A DNA stretch of 64,000 nt, from assembly GCA_964016885.1 (NCBI GenBank), contig OZ024761.1, positions 27,714,001-27,778,000 of the forward strand, read 5' to 3'. Below the pieces are notes generated by a model. That model did no database searches, was not told the DNA's origin, and worked only from the letters and a program-made list of their open reading frames with translations. Below are positions 63,261-64,000 of this stretch, one piece after another (position 1 is the stretch's first letter; each line of letters starts with the position of its first letter). The position numbers and the translations under genes are program-made. Source of the DNA: Eledone cirrhosa (Eukaryota).

Positions 63261-63271
63261 CCACTACTACT
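63078..63271. repeat. (CTA)n and (CAT)n microsatellites
   Basis: Directly visible. Confidence 0.95.
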
Positions 63272-63399
63272 GAAATGGCTCCATTACGTGTTCTGAATGA
63301 ATACCAAATCAACTTCTAAAGACATCCTCACTCATCAGACTGTCCCATATATATATATATATATATGCATATATATATAGGTATACATATATATATATG

Positions 63400-63430
<31 letters not shown>

Positions 63431-63571
63431 GTATATATACATGTATATATATGTATATATGTATATATATATACATATATATATATGAATATATAATATA
63501 TATATATATGAATATATAATATATATATATATATGATTATATACATATATATATATATGATTATATACATA

Positions 63572-63614
<43 letters not shown>

Positions 63615-63921
63615 GAATATATACATATATATATATATATATGAATATATACATATATATATATATATATATATGAATATATACATATATATATATGAAT
63701 ATATACATATATATATATATATATATGAATATATACATATATATATATATATATGAATATATACATATATAAATATATATATATGAATATATACATATAT
63801 AAATATATATATATGAATATATACATATATATATATATATATATGAATATATACATATATATATATATATGAATATATACATATATATATGAATATATAC
63901 ATATATATATATATATATATA

Positions 63922-63995
<74 letters not shown>

Positions 63996-64000
63996 TATAT

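Overview
Repeat-dominated, non-genic animal DNA, most likely from an octopod cephalopod. That assignment is an inference from the extreme (TA)n/(TACA)n load and the tRNA-derived SINEs with a Nin-type CTTTCATCC..GGGGTCGATAAA domain. I found no intact host gene; nearly all ORFs in the track are microsatellite read-through. Recognisable mobile DNA: RTE-like LINE pieces (one 2.3 kb APE+RT pseudogene, two 5'-inverted 3' ends), R4/Dong-like and CRE-like restriction-like-endonuclease (RLE) LINE tails, L1/Tx1-like tails, two decayed mariners, a mini-MITE, two SINE families and a ~610 bp repeat probably derived from RTE. The main observation is that many short 'unique' islands between TA tracts carry type I hammerhead ribozyme (HHR) motifs. 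I count 18 with a complete CUGANGA...GAAA...UH core in about nine sequence families, plus several decayed or half copies. Most have the short palindromic stem III known from Penelope-like element (PLE) minimal HHRs, and one family has a ~105 nt stem II that stays paired despite sequence divergence. Many islands are fold-back (inverted) insertions whose breakpoints fall in or beside the ribozyme, one exactly at the predicted cleavage site. All folds were read by eye; catalytic activity is untested.
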